A stretch of DNA of 64,000 nucleotides, taken from NCBI GenBank assembly GCA_010093705.1, contig MU006095.1, positions 124,001 through 188,000 of the forward strand. Reading direction: 5' to 3'. The stretch's first letter is position 1, and every line of letters starts with the position of its first letter. Origin of the DNA: Patellaria atrata CBS 101060 (Eukaryota). Position numbers and translations under genes: made by a program. Below the pieces are notes generated by a model, which worked only from the letters and a program-made list of their open reading frames with translations, was not told the DNA's origin and made no database searches. This document shows, in pieces, positions 23,673 to 37,224 of this stretch.

Positions 23673-25847
23673 TCATCCTTGTTGGACATCCACTCTTGGT
23701 GTTGAATTGATCACTGTTCCTTGACCCCTTCTCGGTCCTTGGAAACTTGGAGTTGCCCCAACTGCACTCACGTCTTGCATCTCGACACCTCCGTTTTGAT
23801 GCTCTGGTTGTAAGGGAGCCGCCCGTTTTCCCCTCCGCGGTCCAAATCTCTGGTCCCCTTCCTCGTACTTGTGTTTGAAGCGTAGGAAGGTCGGAGATCG
23901 TGGTCTGAGTAACACCACAATTAAGTTCTTTAGAATATTGGCTTGCATAAAAGGACGATGCCTATCCTTCTTACTGAGCTTCTGTGAGTTAAGGTATTCA
24001 CGAGTTGTTTCAGCCCGTGATACGAGGTAGAGATGGTAGCCGGTCAGTGACGCAGGATACCAGCTTAGGAGAATACTGTAAATGAACATAGCAAAAGGTA
24101 CACGCCATTTGTCAACGGCCTCACTGAAGGTGGTATTCTCTCTATTCATCCATACGAGCAAATGTGCCAGACTTGCTCCAAGAAGAAGTAAGCCTAGAAT
24201 CGTGCCCGAGGTGATGAAAGCGAAGAAGTAGCGATAGTTCCGCCGTCCAATACAGTTGTTGAGCCATACACAATGATGATCTTGTGTCTCGATGCAACTG
24301 TCACAGACCCGACAGTGATGAGCTCTTGGTGGCCGCCAATTATTGCAAGTCTTGCAATATTTCGTCGGCACTTCCATAGCAGCACTTTTGGAAGTTGCTG
24401 AAATGACTAACGTCCACTCCGTTAGTGGAGGACCTATGGCTAGAGGATCATCATTAGGATTACTTGGAGGAAATGGATGTAAATTTCGTGGATGGATCTG
24501 ATAGAACACATTTAGCCTCGGGTTCCGATGTTGATATACTATTAATAATGTTCAACTTACTCCGGGATCAGATAGAGAGGCATGGAAAAAAGAGGACATG
24601 CAGATAAGAAATAGGTACGCAAACAAAATGGGTATCGCTGGTGAAACATGGCGCCATAACCAGGGAGCTCTAAATCATCATATTAGCAACCATGATTATA
24701 TGAGAATTGGGAAACTGGATGCTCACGAGAACGCAAAGAAAAGAGCTGCTGGGACAACGATCAGAAGACCTGTGGCAACGACTATCGGTCGGTCTCGCGT
24801 GTTTTGTAGTCTACCACCCCAGCAAAAGACGGTATTACCAGAAAAGTACTCATAGTTTTTCCCGAGTTCATTTTTGACCTCCTCCTTAGTGGAAGCGGCG
24901 CCTGTTGCTAACCTAGGAGAAGATGCTGCGGAAGAAAGCTTTTCGTGTCCCTGAGGTCTACTGGTCCCGGGATTGCCTCCTCTACTAGGTAAAATGAAAC
25001 TTGATCTGAATGACCTTGGTGACTTCTGTGGCGTAGGAAGAGCTCCTGAATTTCCTTTATATGCCATTGAAAGATCAAGATGCTGAGGGGTGGGCCGTTG
25101 AAGAGGAGTGACACTTTCACCACGACTACGGACCGTTTCTGCTCCTGTCGGGGTAGTATTTGCAGTGGTCCTATCAGGCATATCCGCTGTAATATCTGTC
25201 CCTCTTGACGGAGGTGGTCGTGCATCATAGTCATGATGGAGTCCAAGTAAAGGGCCTCCTCTTATTGTCGGATTAGAACCAGTACTTTCACGATTTGGGT
25301 TACTTCCGCCATCGGTGGAGCTGAATGCTGGGGATGCACGTCCGAAAGTTGAATTGGGTCTTTGCCCGCGCTGAGCTTGTAACCTCTGGGAGCTCATGGG
25401 TCTAAAAAATGCGTGAGAGGTGATGGATGGTACATGTGTCCTGCTAGCAGCTGTTGATGGTCTCGTACTGGAAGCTCCCACACTTCCAGCAATACTCGCA
25501 CCCGGTGCGCCAGACGTACCAAGTCCCCGTCGCGATGGTGGAGGTGGTTGAGACCATGTTCCCCGCTTCGAAGATATACCCGTTACCGTAGAATCAGGCC
25601 GAGAAGGAGGTGATCCGTGTTCCCCACTCTTACCCGATACCTGTGTCCTGTCATTCGATTCCTGAACACCAACTGACGATTGCGCCGTTCCCGTAGCAGG
25701 GATTTCGTCGCCTCCCCGCAAGTCGGAATCGGTCATTCGAGAGGTTACCGGTGTGAATACGTTCGTATGCTGTGAATTTGGATTGTTATCATGGGTTGTG
25801 GTGTTTTTATTTGATTCCTCGGATGTCGGACCTTCCGGTTCGGTCAT
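23673..25847 (-). CDS. ERF2: DHHC palmitoyltransferase ERF2; introns 24726-24670, 24560-24498
   Basis: KYCKTCNNWRPPRAHHCRVCD...QDHHCVWLNNCIG, SDPG and ETTREY motifs; long low-complexity N-terminus. Confidence 0.92.
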
Positions 25848-26457
25848 TGCGATACACTGGTATCCAAAATCGCGGTAGAATATTGCGTCTGAGACGCTCG
25901 ATTCATGACCTGAGAGTCTATGGGAGAGTGAAGAATTGGGTTAGATAAGGGTGACGGTAGGTGGCAACAGAATTGATTGAAGTGGCCAAAAGAGATGCGA
26001 CCGAGGAGTCTGAGGTCAGATGCGGGCTCGACAAAAGAAGGAAATATGAGCAAGAGAGTGTATGAATCGAAGTAGAGGGAGGAGACGCGATTGCGAGTGA
26101 GAGATTGTTATTAGGGCATAAGTACGGAGTATGCAGGAACGCGGAGACGAGATTATGATTATGGATTAAGGTAAGGTAGTGAGCTGCTCAAGTGCTGCTG
26201 TAGTGACTTCTTCCAGATGCTCTCGCCCCTGAGCTTGGCTGTCTCTTGCCGAATAGAGTACAGACGCTATGTCAATCATGCGCATTGAAGGCGAACTTTG
26301 CCAAGCCCTCTCAAGTAGCCCGGCACAGCTCTGTAGGTCACCTCATCGCCAGCCCGACCTCACCTTATTCCATAACAGCAAGTCTTTACCTGAATCGACC
26401 GGCAACGCAACTACAACAGGGCATTACGGACTCAATAACCGGCCAATTGCAATCACC

Positions 26458-27122
26458 ATGTCTTCAATCATCGGACGATCTGCCTTTAGAGCTACTCGCG
26501 CCCTTCGTGATTCCGGTGTCAACGCCGGAGCCTCTTCAGAAAAGGAAGCGGGCAAATCAGCATTGAAAGAAGGAGCTAAGAAGGATCCCGAGCTTTATGT
26601 AAGTCTCGATGTGATATCATTTTCTATCTTTATTCCGTAGAATGGATGCTTGTTCAGTCTACTAACATTTCTGGATATACTAGGTCTTAGGCGGTATCAT
26701 GAGTCTCATCTTCGGCTTCGCCGGTTACCATTTCGGTAAGCTTTTTGTCTGTCACATCAACCCTCACTTCAGACCATGGATGATGTCCTATCATGTTTGA
26801 ATTTCACTTCTTCATCGGGCCTTATTCTCAAGCTCCCATTTGTTCCTCATGGCAGCGGCGCATTCTAATATGATTCCATACAGCTCGTTCTCCCACATCT
26901 TCCTCTTCCGAGAGTCCTGTTGCAAAAATCGGCCACTCTGAGCCTTGGAAAGAGGGTGGTGCAACTGAAGGCAAATACAGCTATCACCCTGGTGGCGATC
27001 CATCAAAAGGAAGACGTGAAGCTCCCTCGGCACTTAACGTTGTGGTCATACCCAATGTCAACTTACCAAAGCGCCTACATGAAGAATTCAATAAGTTTGA
27101 TATAGACGAGAAAGACTGGTAG
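26458..27122 (+). CDS. Small single-TM, probably mitochondrial protein (possibly MLRQ/B12D-like); exons 26458-26598, 26684-26735, 26884-27122
   Basis: Presequence-like MSSIIGRSAFRATRALR, KDPELY followed by TM VLGGIMSLIFGFAGYHF, then GKYSYHPGGD...APSALNVVVIPNVNLP; canonical introns in phase. Confidence 0.75.
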
Positions 27123-27799
27123 GTGGGGTTCTACGCCAGGAATACCATAGATGCCGCCTGGACTGAAAGATTTGATTGTAGATAAGGGTTCTCTGGGTGG
27201 GGTTTTCCAACAAATAAGCTGTTGTTTGTAGAACAGTGCAATTAGAGATGCTTCTTTTTGTCTACGTCAAGTGAGGATACTAACCATTTACAAAATGAAG
27301 TAGGAAACAAATCCACCAAACCTAGCTTGGATTTCGTAATGTAAATTACAGGTGTGGCTCTTCAAAGGTGCAAACACCTTACATTCCGTTTACCTTATCA
27401 AAATAGGACAATAGATACAGGTTTTTTAAGTTTGGTTATGATTTCTTTTTTTTCTTTTTTTTTTTTTGCAAGAGCATGGGTATATTTACTTCCAATAGTA
27501 GCAGATAATCGACTGAATTCCCACTAAAGGCCATTACCCAGTTGATTGATAAAACGACGGAATGCGAGTATTAGGACCTCAATGTTTGTGACTTTGGCAA
27601 GCAAGTCCAATTAACCTCATCGGGTGAAAAAAGCTGCACTCATCCGTCGCCCACTCAGGTTACGTCAACTCTTTCGTTTCCTTAAGTACCCGTCACGTAG
27701 TTTCTAGATTTTCTCATTTCCACCACCCCAACCTTTCATATCCATTTCCATCTTCAAAACTGAATCTCCATCCCTCCCATCAAGAGAGCATAGTACAGT

Positions 27800-30700
27800 A
27801 TGCTTACGGCAACCTATGTCAGTGTACGGGAGTTTTTCTACCCTTTCGGCAATATACCTGCTACCAACCTATTGCGTGATACAGCGATAGACGATACTGG
27901 AGCAGAAATTGAACTACTGCTCCTTGGATGCGGTGACCCTCGTAACATTTTATTTTCGCTTTATTCCCAAGGTGATCAGTGTACGTACGATTTTTTAATA
28001 ACCATTGAATTTTGAGACCTTATTAACGATCGCAATGCGGCAGGCCTAGCATCAAGTTATAACTTTACGTGTTGCGATAAGGAACCTGCTATCTTAGGTA
28101 TGTACAATATCACACTCGTCAATGAATCGATGACGGTTGTTCTCTAATAACAATAGCGAGAAACATAATCCTTCTCACACTCATCGCTGATGGACACTCC
28201 AACACCACTACTGTTTCTTCTCGGAAACATAATTCCGTGAAACACTCGTCATTATGGAATATATTCTATCATGTTTTCATACCGGAGTCTGATCTGAAGC
28301 TTCTACAAGAACAATCCGCCAAGTTAGCAGAGTTAGCCGTCACATCGGCGTCGTGGGCTTCTTCGAATTACGGCAATTGGATCAAATTCTTGGATAACGA
28401 TACTCTAGAACATGTACGATCCTTCTGGACGCAGTATGCAGAGACCCGCTACTTCACAACTGCGCATAAAGACGAGTTTGAGCGACAATACCGCCATGAA
28501 TTCAAACAGACAGCAATTCGCACTAAATCAAGTTTAGTCCTTAGTGGAATTCGTTCCGCAGGCCCACACATTGAGGAAGCAGGAGAGCGCATGAGTGATT
28601 GTTTTAAAAAGTACTGGGCTACCGGCGTAGTAGCTGGAAATCGATCTGATGTCATGGCTCTGGGAAATGGAGGGAAAGGTCATGTTAATCCCTTGATTGC
28701 TTTTTCCTCTGCTGGGGATGGTTCTTTTACTCTCCACTATGGCCTCGATCCATTACTTGGATTTCATCTTGCTAATGCATTCGACAACCTTGGTTCAAAT
28801 CCTTCCGAGACTATTGCTCGTACAGCTAAAGCTGAGTTTGGGGCTTGGTGCTCAACATTTGCCCAGTACCTGCACAACCAAAAAGTTCGACTTACTCTCC
28901 ATGATGGAGAAGCTGTACGACTCTGCTTCGAGCTTCAAGCTCACATAACTTACCTCCCAAAACCTTCTGGTCGGACTCGATTGTACAAGACTGTATGGAG
29001 TTCAGCGCCCGCTGTTCTTACCAACACGGACAATGTCAATAGGATTGTCCCGTTTGATGTAATTGACACATCGAATATCATTGATCATATCGGCATACTT
29101 AATATCCTTCCGGCAGCGGTACCTTTACTAAAGTTATCGCATACAGCGACATTATACACGGACGGTTTCTTGCTTGCTGCTGAAGACCCCGAGAATTCTT
29201 TGCAGAGCTTACTCTGTTCCGATGTCAATGGTATGGGTATCATACTCGGTGTGGTCCCATTAGGATATATGTCCGGAATCACGACAGATTCAAATCTCGC
29301 AGACTCTATGCTCTTCGCAAGCGGAACTACAAATAGACGACACTTTCGTCTTCGCATCCCTTGGAGGCGGCCAATATCAGGGGACTCCGCAAGTCTACAG
29401 ATTCCGAACGCTTGTTGGGAAAATAGCCGTAAGATCTGGATGGATCCGTTGGAGCTTGCATCATTCTTTTTCAATGTTTATCTCAACATGTTTGAGAACG
29501 AGTGTCTATCCAATGCATTGTCTAGGTTCCAGCGGCAGTTTACACGGCCACTAGCCAATGATCTTCGTTTTTATAACCGTCTTAGTCTGGTTAGATTGAT
29601 GCAAACTGCGAAACTACGTATCGATACGGAATGGCAAAATTGCATGGGTCTTTTCAAGAAGCTTGTCATGGAGGATAAAACTCTTCTTATAGGCAGCAAT
29701 AGCATCCAGGAACTACTTTTGCACATGCATACGTTCAACCTTATTCCCCAGGATGAAATCAATATGACACGATTAGAGTTCGCAAATCTACCCTCCAGCG
29801 ACTATCAATACGAGCCATCTGTACCAGGGCTTCTGAGTACAAAAGACCTTCGAGGTTCAATCTTTCTTGTACTGAAAGTTCCTCGCTATAAGCTAAGCAT
29901 CTTTACAGATGCTTCCCCACTGGATATTGTGACACCGGGACTTCACATGAATGTTCGTCATGGATTGAGGTGGGACAACGCGTTCCATTCAGTACAATGC
30001 TTCTTTGGGAACCTGGTAACTCGCGATACTGAAACATATGTCTGTGATGTGGATGAAGACATAGAAGGCTGGCGCGGTCAATCAGATCTTATCGCCGTTT
30101 GTGAAGCACCAATGTACAGTCTGGTAATGGGACCCTACAAGGAGGTGCGAGTGGGCTTAAGGGTCAATACTAGTCCATCTACGGCTCACTTCACTCAGAA
30201 GCTGGGGCTGAATATGGCCGTTTTCGAAACTGGCCTAAATGACAAGGAGCACCTGTGGGTTCTTAAGGAAGCACCCGGTTCACACTTAAACCTCCATTCA
30301 ACAGTTGAATCACCGTCGGCCTCTTCACCAGCCGAGAATAATCCCGTACAAGCTTTAAGAGAGGGTGTCAAGTTCAAGTGGAGTGCTCTATTCAATAGTC
30401 AGAGCTCTCTAAAAAATGTCTGTACGAAGTTAGACTTACAAGCACCTTTTTCTCAAGCACTAGCAAGCGGTGCAAAGGTGGAATGTATCTTTAATTCGGC
30501 ATGTACATTGAAGCTACTCATCAAAGGATGTCCAGAATTCGAAGTACCGTTCCCTTATCCGATTCAACAGACAACTCCAAAACTCCGGCTTGCCAGAAAG
30601 AGCGGCTGGGTTGAATGCATTGTACCGGTTGCTTCAGCTCTAACCTCGGGTGGATACGGGTGTAATCCGTTCTCTGTAACTCAGCAGGAGCTGCATGCGG

Positions 30701-31560
30701 GTTATTGTTACTCATGGGCCCTTCCTAGAATTAATCTAATACAGCAACCTCGATTGCCTGGTCAAAGATCACCGGAATGGGTCCGCACCTTCCTTCTTAC
30801 CAGCCTCGCTACGAGAATTGGTATCCAATCGTCAAAGACCCCATTACAAGAATTTAAGGAATCAATATTGGTCGGATTCTCGGGGATTGATAAGAACTCA
30901 CTTAGCCAGTACTTTCCTAAGCAATTCCAACTCACAAGAAAATTTGACCACAATTGTGATACCGTCTTATTTCTCTCCACCATTCGCTACGATATCGATG
31001 CGGGCTCCTTAGTGCTCGACGGGTACGTCTGTCCACTAACAAATTCCAATATCAAAATACTGGACGCTGGACTAGGGTATCTCTGGGGAGAAACAGTCAC
31101 AAACATGAAGGTAAGTGACCAGGAGCAGGTTCTATGGAAGCAGATTCTGCCAGCTGCCGCAGAACGCTGCCGTACTTGGAGACATAAACGATGCTGCGAG
31201 TACGTCAAGCACAGAACTATTCCCCTCTCCACTAAACATGGAGAAAATCCTTTGTGCTCATGTGGGAGAGGCCAGATGTTGGAAGAGTTTCCTCAGGATC
31301 CAGAACTTCGTGTCTTCCGTGATCATGTCACTCGAATCGCTTTACCAGTTATTTCTAGTGTTCCTTATATCGACAAACACCTTTCCACAGCAGAGATGAA
31401 TGCTGTAATAGAGTCCGTCAACGGCGAGCAGAAATGCAATAAATGTGGGAATCAGAAGAAGGATTTGAAGAAGTGTTCTCGATGTCTCAAGGTCAGATAT
31501 TGCAATCAGGATTGCCAAAAAGCGGATTGGAGTGAACATAAGAAGGTTTGTAACAAGTAA
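27800..31560 (+). CDS. DUF4470 plus C-terminal MYND zinc finger protein; introns 27981-28043, 28098-28156
   Basis: FFYPFGNIPA, LLLGCGDPRNIL, CCDKEPAILARN, FDVIDTSNIIDH; MYND CNKC...CSRC...YCNQDCQKADWSEHKKVC. Confidence 0.9.
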
Positions 31561-31821
31561 AGGTCCTAGGTGTAGTGGATCAGGAGGGGTTTTTGAACAG
31601 ATGAAGGGAACTACAAAGCTATGCAATAGGCTTTCCATAAACTCTCTTGTACTTGATGAAAATACTCCATTAGCACAACAGTCCACTAAATGTATTCCAC
31701 TGTGTGGTTCTGACATTATTGTACTCATGAGGAGGACGTCACTAATCCTCAATTGATTAAGTCCTTCCGAACGCGCCGATTCCCTCGCTAATTAGGTCAA
31801 GCCTTATTCCGACTGTCAGCT

Positions 31822-32098
31822 CTTATCAGTTCTTCCCATTTCATTCATCTACTGCACTTTTGAGAAGAATTCAACGTGATTGATTGAACATTATGCAGGT
31901 CACTCTCATTCCTCTGGCGTTCATCCACTGGCACATCTCTGAGTTCTCCGTGGGGCGTAGGAAGCAATTGCGGCACATTCGGACGACATCTTTCGGACGT
32001 TCTCCGCATCAACAAACCCTTTATAGATAGGATTGCTCTGCCCAGGAACGCAGAAGAGATAAGGAAACACCCATGACTAGAATAGCTGGCTGCTTATC
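31822..32098. promoter_or_regulatory. Cluster of GATA (AreA/NIT2-type) sites upstream of the ammonium transporter
   Basis: CTTATC at 31822 and 32093, GATAAG at 32058 and AGATAG at 32025, all within 500 bp of the ATG. Confidence 0.5.
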
Positions 32099-32307
32099 TG
32101 CTACTTGTGTAACAGTACACGACTACTTGAACATGTAAGCGGCAGCTTCCCCAGCTTTAATTTCACTTCCTTGTAGTTTCTCGCGGTCTTTTCCTAGCCC
32201 TATACGCACCATACCTGTTGGTGTCGAGGTAGTTGTACGTGTAAGGAGAATCAATGCTTCAGTGAGATCATTTTTCTTGCATTTGTTTTTCGTTATATCC
32301 TCCCAAC

Positions 32308-33826
32308 ATGATTGATACCGCCGTCCAACGCGCATGGGAAGCATGCTCCAAGACCGACACGGCCTTCATTCTCGTATGCAGCGTGTTCTGCTGGCCCATC
32401 ATTCCCGCTGTCGGGTTGGGATACTCTGGCTACTCAACGAGACGTAGCGGGTTGGCTTCATTTATGCCTGCGATTCTCTCTGTCGGAGTATGCTCCATTC
32501 AATGGTGGCTCATCGGCTATTCTCTCGCATACGGCGAGGGCAACGGAGTGATAGGAGATCTGAAATATGCTTTCCATCGAGGTGTTCTCGCTGAACCTGT
32601 TGGAACTATTCCAGCTATTCTATTCAGCGAGTTCCAATTGATCTTCGAAGCTACTGTTTGTGCAATTGCAGTAGGAGGGGCTTGTGAAAGAGGGAGACTG
32701 TTACCCCTGATACCCTTTATATTTGTATGCAACCCAGTTTCTCTGAACTCGCATATGATAACTAACACAATTCTGTAGATGTGGGCAACATTCATTTATT
32801 GCCCTCTGGCGCATATGGTCTGGTCTGGTAATGGGTTCTTAGGGAACTTAGGAGCTCTTGATTTTGCTGGTGGAACGTAAGTTAGTATCATCGATTTGTA
32901 TATCCAGTTATCTTACGTGGAAACAGTCCAGTCCATATCTGCAGTGGTGCTACGGCAACTGCTCTCAGTTTATATCTCTCCTATCCCATTGCGAGGTCCC
33001 GCAAATCCGCCATCCGCAATCCGTCACATCTCAAACTGCATAGACCGCACAACTCGATGTGTCAACTCCTTGCCATGGTCATCATCTGGGGCTCTTGGCT
33101 AGCATTCGACGCTGGCACGACTTTAAGTCTGAACTTCAAATCGGTCATGGCTCTCTGTGTGACAAACCTCTGCGCTTCCGCTGGAGCAATGACCTGGGCT
33201 TGCATTACTTACTATGAAACTGGAAAGTGGTCTCTGGATAGCACTTTTATGGGCGCAATTGCCGGACTAGTCTTTATCACCCCATCCGCTGGGTTCATTG
33301 ATCTCACGACATCCTTTTTCTTCGGTGTGGCTGGCGTATTGATCTGCAGACAAGCTCTCCGCTTCAAGTTTACGGATTTCGCTAGACGTATCAAGTGGGT
33401 TGACAATGGCGATACTTTCGCTACCCATTGCGTTGGTGGCTTCTGCGGGACCATTTTCACCGGACTTTTTGCGCAGAAGAGCGTGGCGAGCTATGATGGC
33501 GTGACTGAAATCGCTGGAGGAGTCTTCTTCGATGGGAATTTTCGACAAATCGGGATTCAGCTTCTGGAAGCTGTTATTGGGTTCACATGGGCATTTGTGG
33601 GGACATTGATCATTGTTACTTTGATTGATAGTGTACCTGGATTTGAGTTCCTTGCTCCCGATAAGTATGTATGCCTCGTTCATACGACGGAACGCTGCTA
33701 ACATTATACTACAGGGAGGTTATTGTAGGTATGGATGCTAGCCAGATGGACGAATCTTTGTATGAGGCTCAGTGGGAAGGCGAAGAGGATTATCACCCAT
33801 TGGCAAAGCACATTGAATTGGATTGA
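32308..33826 (+). CDS. Ammonium transporter (Amt/Mep family); introns 32725-32778, 32877-32926, 33665-33714
   Basis: [48 protein letters not shown] and second His in TFATHCVGG. Confidence 0.95.
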
Positions 33827-35285
33827 TCATAACTAATGATGTGAAAGGGGACTGAAATGGAGTAATTTCAAGGGATAATAGTAGGTCGGTGGTTGTCATT
33901 CCGAAGTCAATCTGTGAGCATAGCCATCATTCATCTTGAACATATTATCAACGCTATATTTTGTGCAAATCTTCAGACTTGACCTTTAGGATATACAATG
34001 ATGTTCTAAATTATTCCAGATCGATGACCTGCATACAAGTTATTTTTACTCAAACAACTAATGCATACTACCACATTCGGCCTAGCCTTCTAGTAGTTCT
34101 ACATCCGACATTACATTAACATATCGCGCTATTAATGTATGAATGCTACAAGTAATACCATATAGGCATAGACTCGAAGTCCTGCAGATGTAACGACATT
34201 TCAAACAAAAGAATATCATGCGCTGATTGCAAGTATGTGCAACAAAGCTTTCCCTTTTGCCACCACTGCGCAGTATATCGTCGAACAACTTCTGTAATGT
34301 TCTGGTAGACGTTGTATATTTTTATGGAATTTAAGGTTGTTCTAGAAGAGAATTTGTGTAACTTGAAGATTCATAAATAGGTTTCTCTGGTTTTCAAGCG
34401 CTGAGTTTCCATTCTTTGAAAAAGGATGAAAAAGGAATGGTTTGGGGTTGTTCTAGAAGAATGGTAAGGTAGAAGAGCTTGCCGCGTGGTCATTGCGTGT
34501 TTCATGTCCCTGAATCAGGAGCACCGAAGCTTCCTGTTGCCAAACTTGATTGGGCTGAATCAAGACGAATTCATCGCCGTATGCCCCTGAAGCAATCCCT
34601 TTTTGGGATTTTGACGATGAGGATGGATGGTCGTTGAGATTGTGGAGGAGAGGATTTTTCTCCCACATTGACACTTCATCTGCTTCCATTTCGGTGCAGC
34701 GCGCCTCGTCGGGTTATCAGGTTGTACCACAGCTTCAATTCTCTTCTCGCATTTCCAGTCAGTATCAATACGACCTGGATCAAATAATATCTTTCCTTTT
34801 TCCATCTTTTCTGTTATATGAGCGTTGACTAACTGCCCGCTCTCCCTCTTCTTTGGTCTCTTGACTGAATTGATCACTCCTCCGACGCGAACCCACGCGT
34901 CTCCCTAAGTCTCAATTACAGGAGAGATTGACAGTACAGTTATCGACACTCCAGTATCGCAATTATTCTCCATCGTCTCGCGCCCGTATGTTCGTTACAG
35001 ATAAATCTAGGTACTTTAATTTCTCTCCACCTCTTCGGATATTTCATATGACGCGGAGCGAGCGCGTTGCTGACAGCTTTGACATTTCATGTACAGTTCT
35101 GTGGATCTGCCCCTTAAACTTCTTGCCTACCTGATCCGTTTGAACTTTGCATTCTGACATTTTTATGTGCGCGCCGTCAGTCAACTCGAGACACCCCTTG
35201 ACTTAAACCCCAAGCGGCCGAGATCCCTCACCTAACTCGACTAAATTAACCGCGCGACTCCCGTCCGCTCATCTTTCCATTCAAC

Positions 35286-37224
35286 ATGCAGACTTCACCT
35301 TCCGCAATAAAACAAGACATACCACCTGACGACATCGGACAACCGAAAGAACACAAATTGTCACCTCCGCCGGCTAACGGTGGCAGTCGCGAAGTGCCGG
35401 GCCCAAGAAGGAGCAGCTTCAATTTCCTTAGACGACAAAAGTCTGGCGAGAAACCACAACCTGCTCAGCGCAGTGTATCTGGAGGAAAGATGAATAAGAA
35501 ACAGAAGGCGCAAATGCAGGAGGAGCTCCTTCGTCAACAGCGCGAAGCAGCTGCCGTTCCAAAGCAACCTCCAAGACTCCCCTCTCACGCTCCTTTACCA
35601 ACCATAAACACATTCGGTGGTGAGAACGCTCGTCAAGATTCATATGCAATCATGTCGAACAAAGCCCAACAAGCCGGCAACTTCAGCAGGCCGTCTGGAG
35701 ATTACAGGGCAACCAGCGCGAGTCCTCCACATGTCCCGATTCCACCGATTCCCGGTAGCTCACCATACGGTCGTAACGGTGACTTTGATCCCTATGCTAG
35801 AACAGAGAGCATGACACATCGTGGGAGGTATAGTTATGCAAGTAGTGCGGTCAGCACTATCAACAGTCCTAGAAGGGTTAGACGGAGGAAGGACCCTACA
35901 CCATTCAAGTGAGCATCCCCATCTATGAGTTTTTGAGCATCCGCTAACTTGGGTATACAGCATCCTCGTTATTGGCACAAAGAGTTGCGGCAAAACATCA
36001 TTCATCAACTTTTTGCAGACAGCCCTAAAACTTCCAGCTCGAAAGCAACAACAACAATCACCTTCTCCACCTCGAACTGCCCTACCTGTAGACTCGCCTT
36101 TCACATCTCAATATTTAGAAACGGAAATGGATAATGAGAGGATAGGGGTTACACTGTGGGACTCCCGAGGACTCGAACGGAATATCGTGGATCTCCAATT
36201 GAAGGAAATGGCAACATTCCTCGAGTCGAAGTTCGAGGAGACCTTCAATGAAGAGCAAAGGATAGTCCGAGCACCTGGCGTTCGTGATACACACATCCAC
36301 TGTGTTTTTCTCATCCTAGATCCTAGCCGTTTAGATGCCAACATTGCTGCAGCAACGGTGGCAAATGATGCCTCCGCAAAGAGTTTCAATTCCGCACGTG
36401 TGATCGGGGGTCTTGATGAGGATCTCGATCTTCAAGTTTTACGTACTCTACAAGGTAAAACTACCGTCATCCCAGTTATCAGCAAAGCGGATACGATAAC
36501 TACCGCACATATGGCGTTCCTAAAGAAAAAGGTATGGGATAGTCTAAAACAATCCAAACTCGATCCTTTAGAGGCTTTGGACCTTGGAGATTCCGATGAT
36601 GAGGACATCGATCGCCTTGATGAGCGTGACGAAGATGAATACAATCACTCTTCAGACAACGATGACAAGCACTCCGATATTCTCAACAATCTCATCGACC
36701 GTTCCAGTTCAGATGAAGAAGGCGAGGATTCTTCAAACACCTCATTCCACGGCTCCACTCCCGCCAAATCTCCCGCCGATCCTTCTAAACGTCCAGTAGA
36801 AGGCCACCGCCGCCGTGTTTCTGCCATGTCTGCCAGCATCAACCACGACTCCTCTAGGGACGAGCTTCCATATCTTCCGCTCAGCATCCTCTCCCCCGAT
36901 ATGTACGAACCGAACGTCATCGGTCGCCGCTTCCCCTGGGGTTTCGCGGATCCATATAACGTCGAGCATTGCGACTTCGTACGTCTCAAAGAGAGCGTGT
37001 TTGTCGAATGGCGTGCGGAACTTAGAGAGGCGAGTAGAGAGTGCTGGTATGAGGGATGGCGCACCAGCCGTCTTAACCGTCGCACCGATCAGCCTTCGCG
37101 AGCGCACACCAGCAGCGGATTGAGTCCTAACCCGAGCCCAGTCAACGGTATGGGCAATGGAAGAGCCGTTACGTCGAATGGTAGTCCACTAGCGCATCGT
37201 CAGATAGCAGCCAACATGTTCTGA
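35286..37224 (+). CDS. Non-core (group 5, AspE-like) septin; intron 35909-35960
   Basis: After splicing: PFNILVIGTKSCGKTS (P-loop), WDSRG (G3), DTHIHC, PVISKAD (G4), GRRFPWG and HCDFVRLK; long Pro/Ser-rich N-terminus. Confidence 0.85.
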
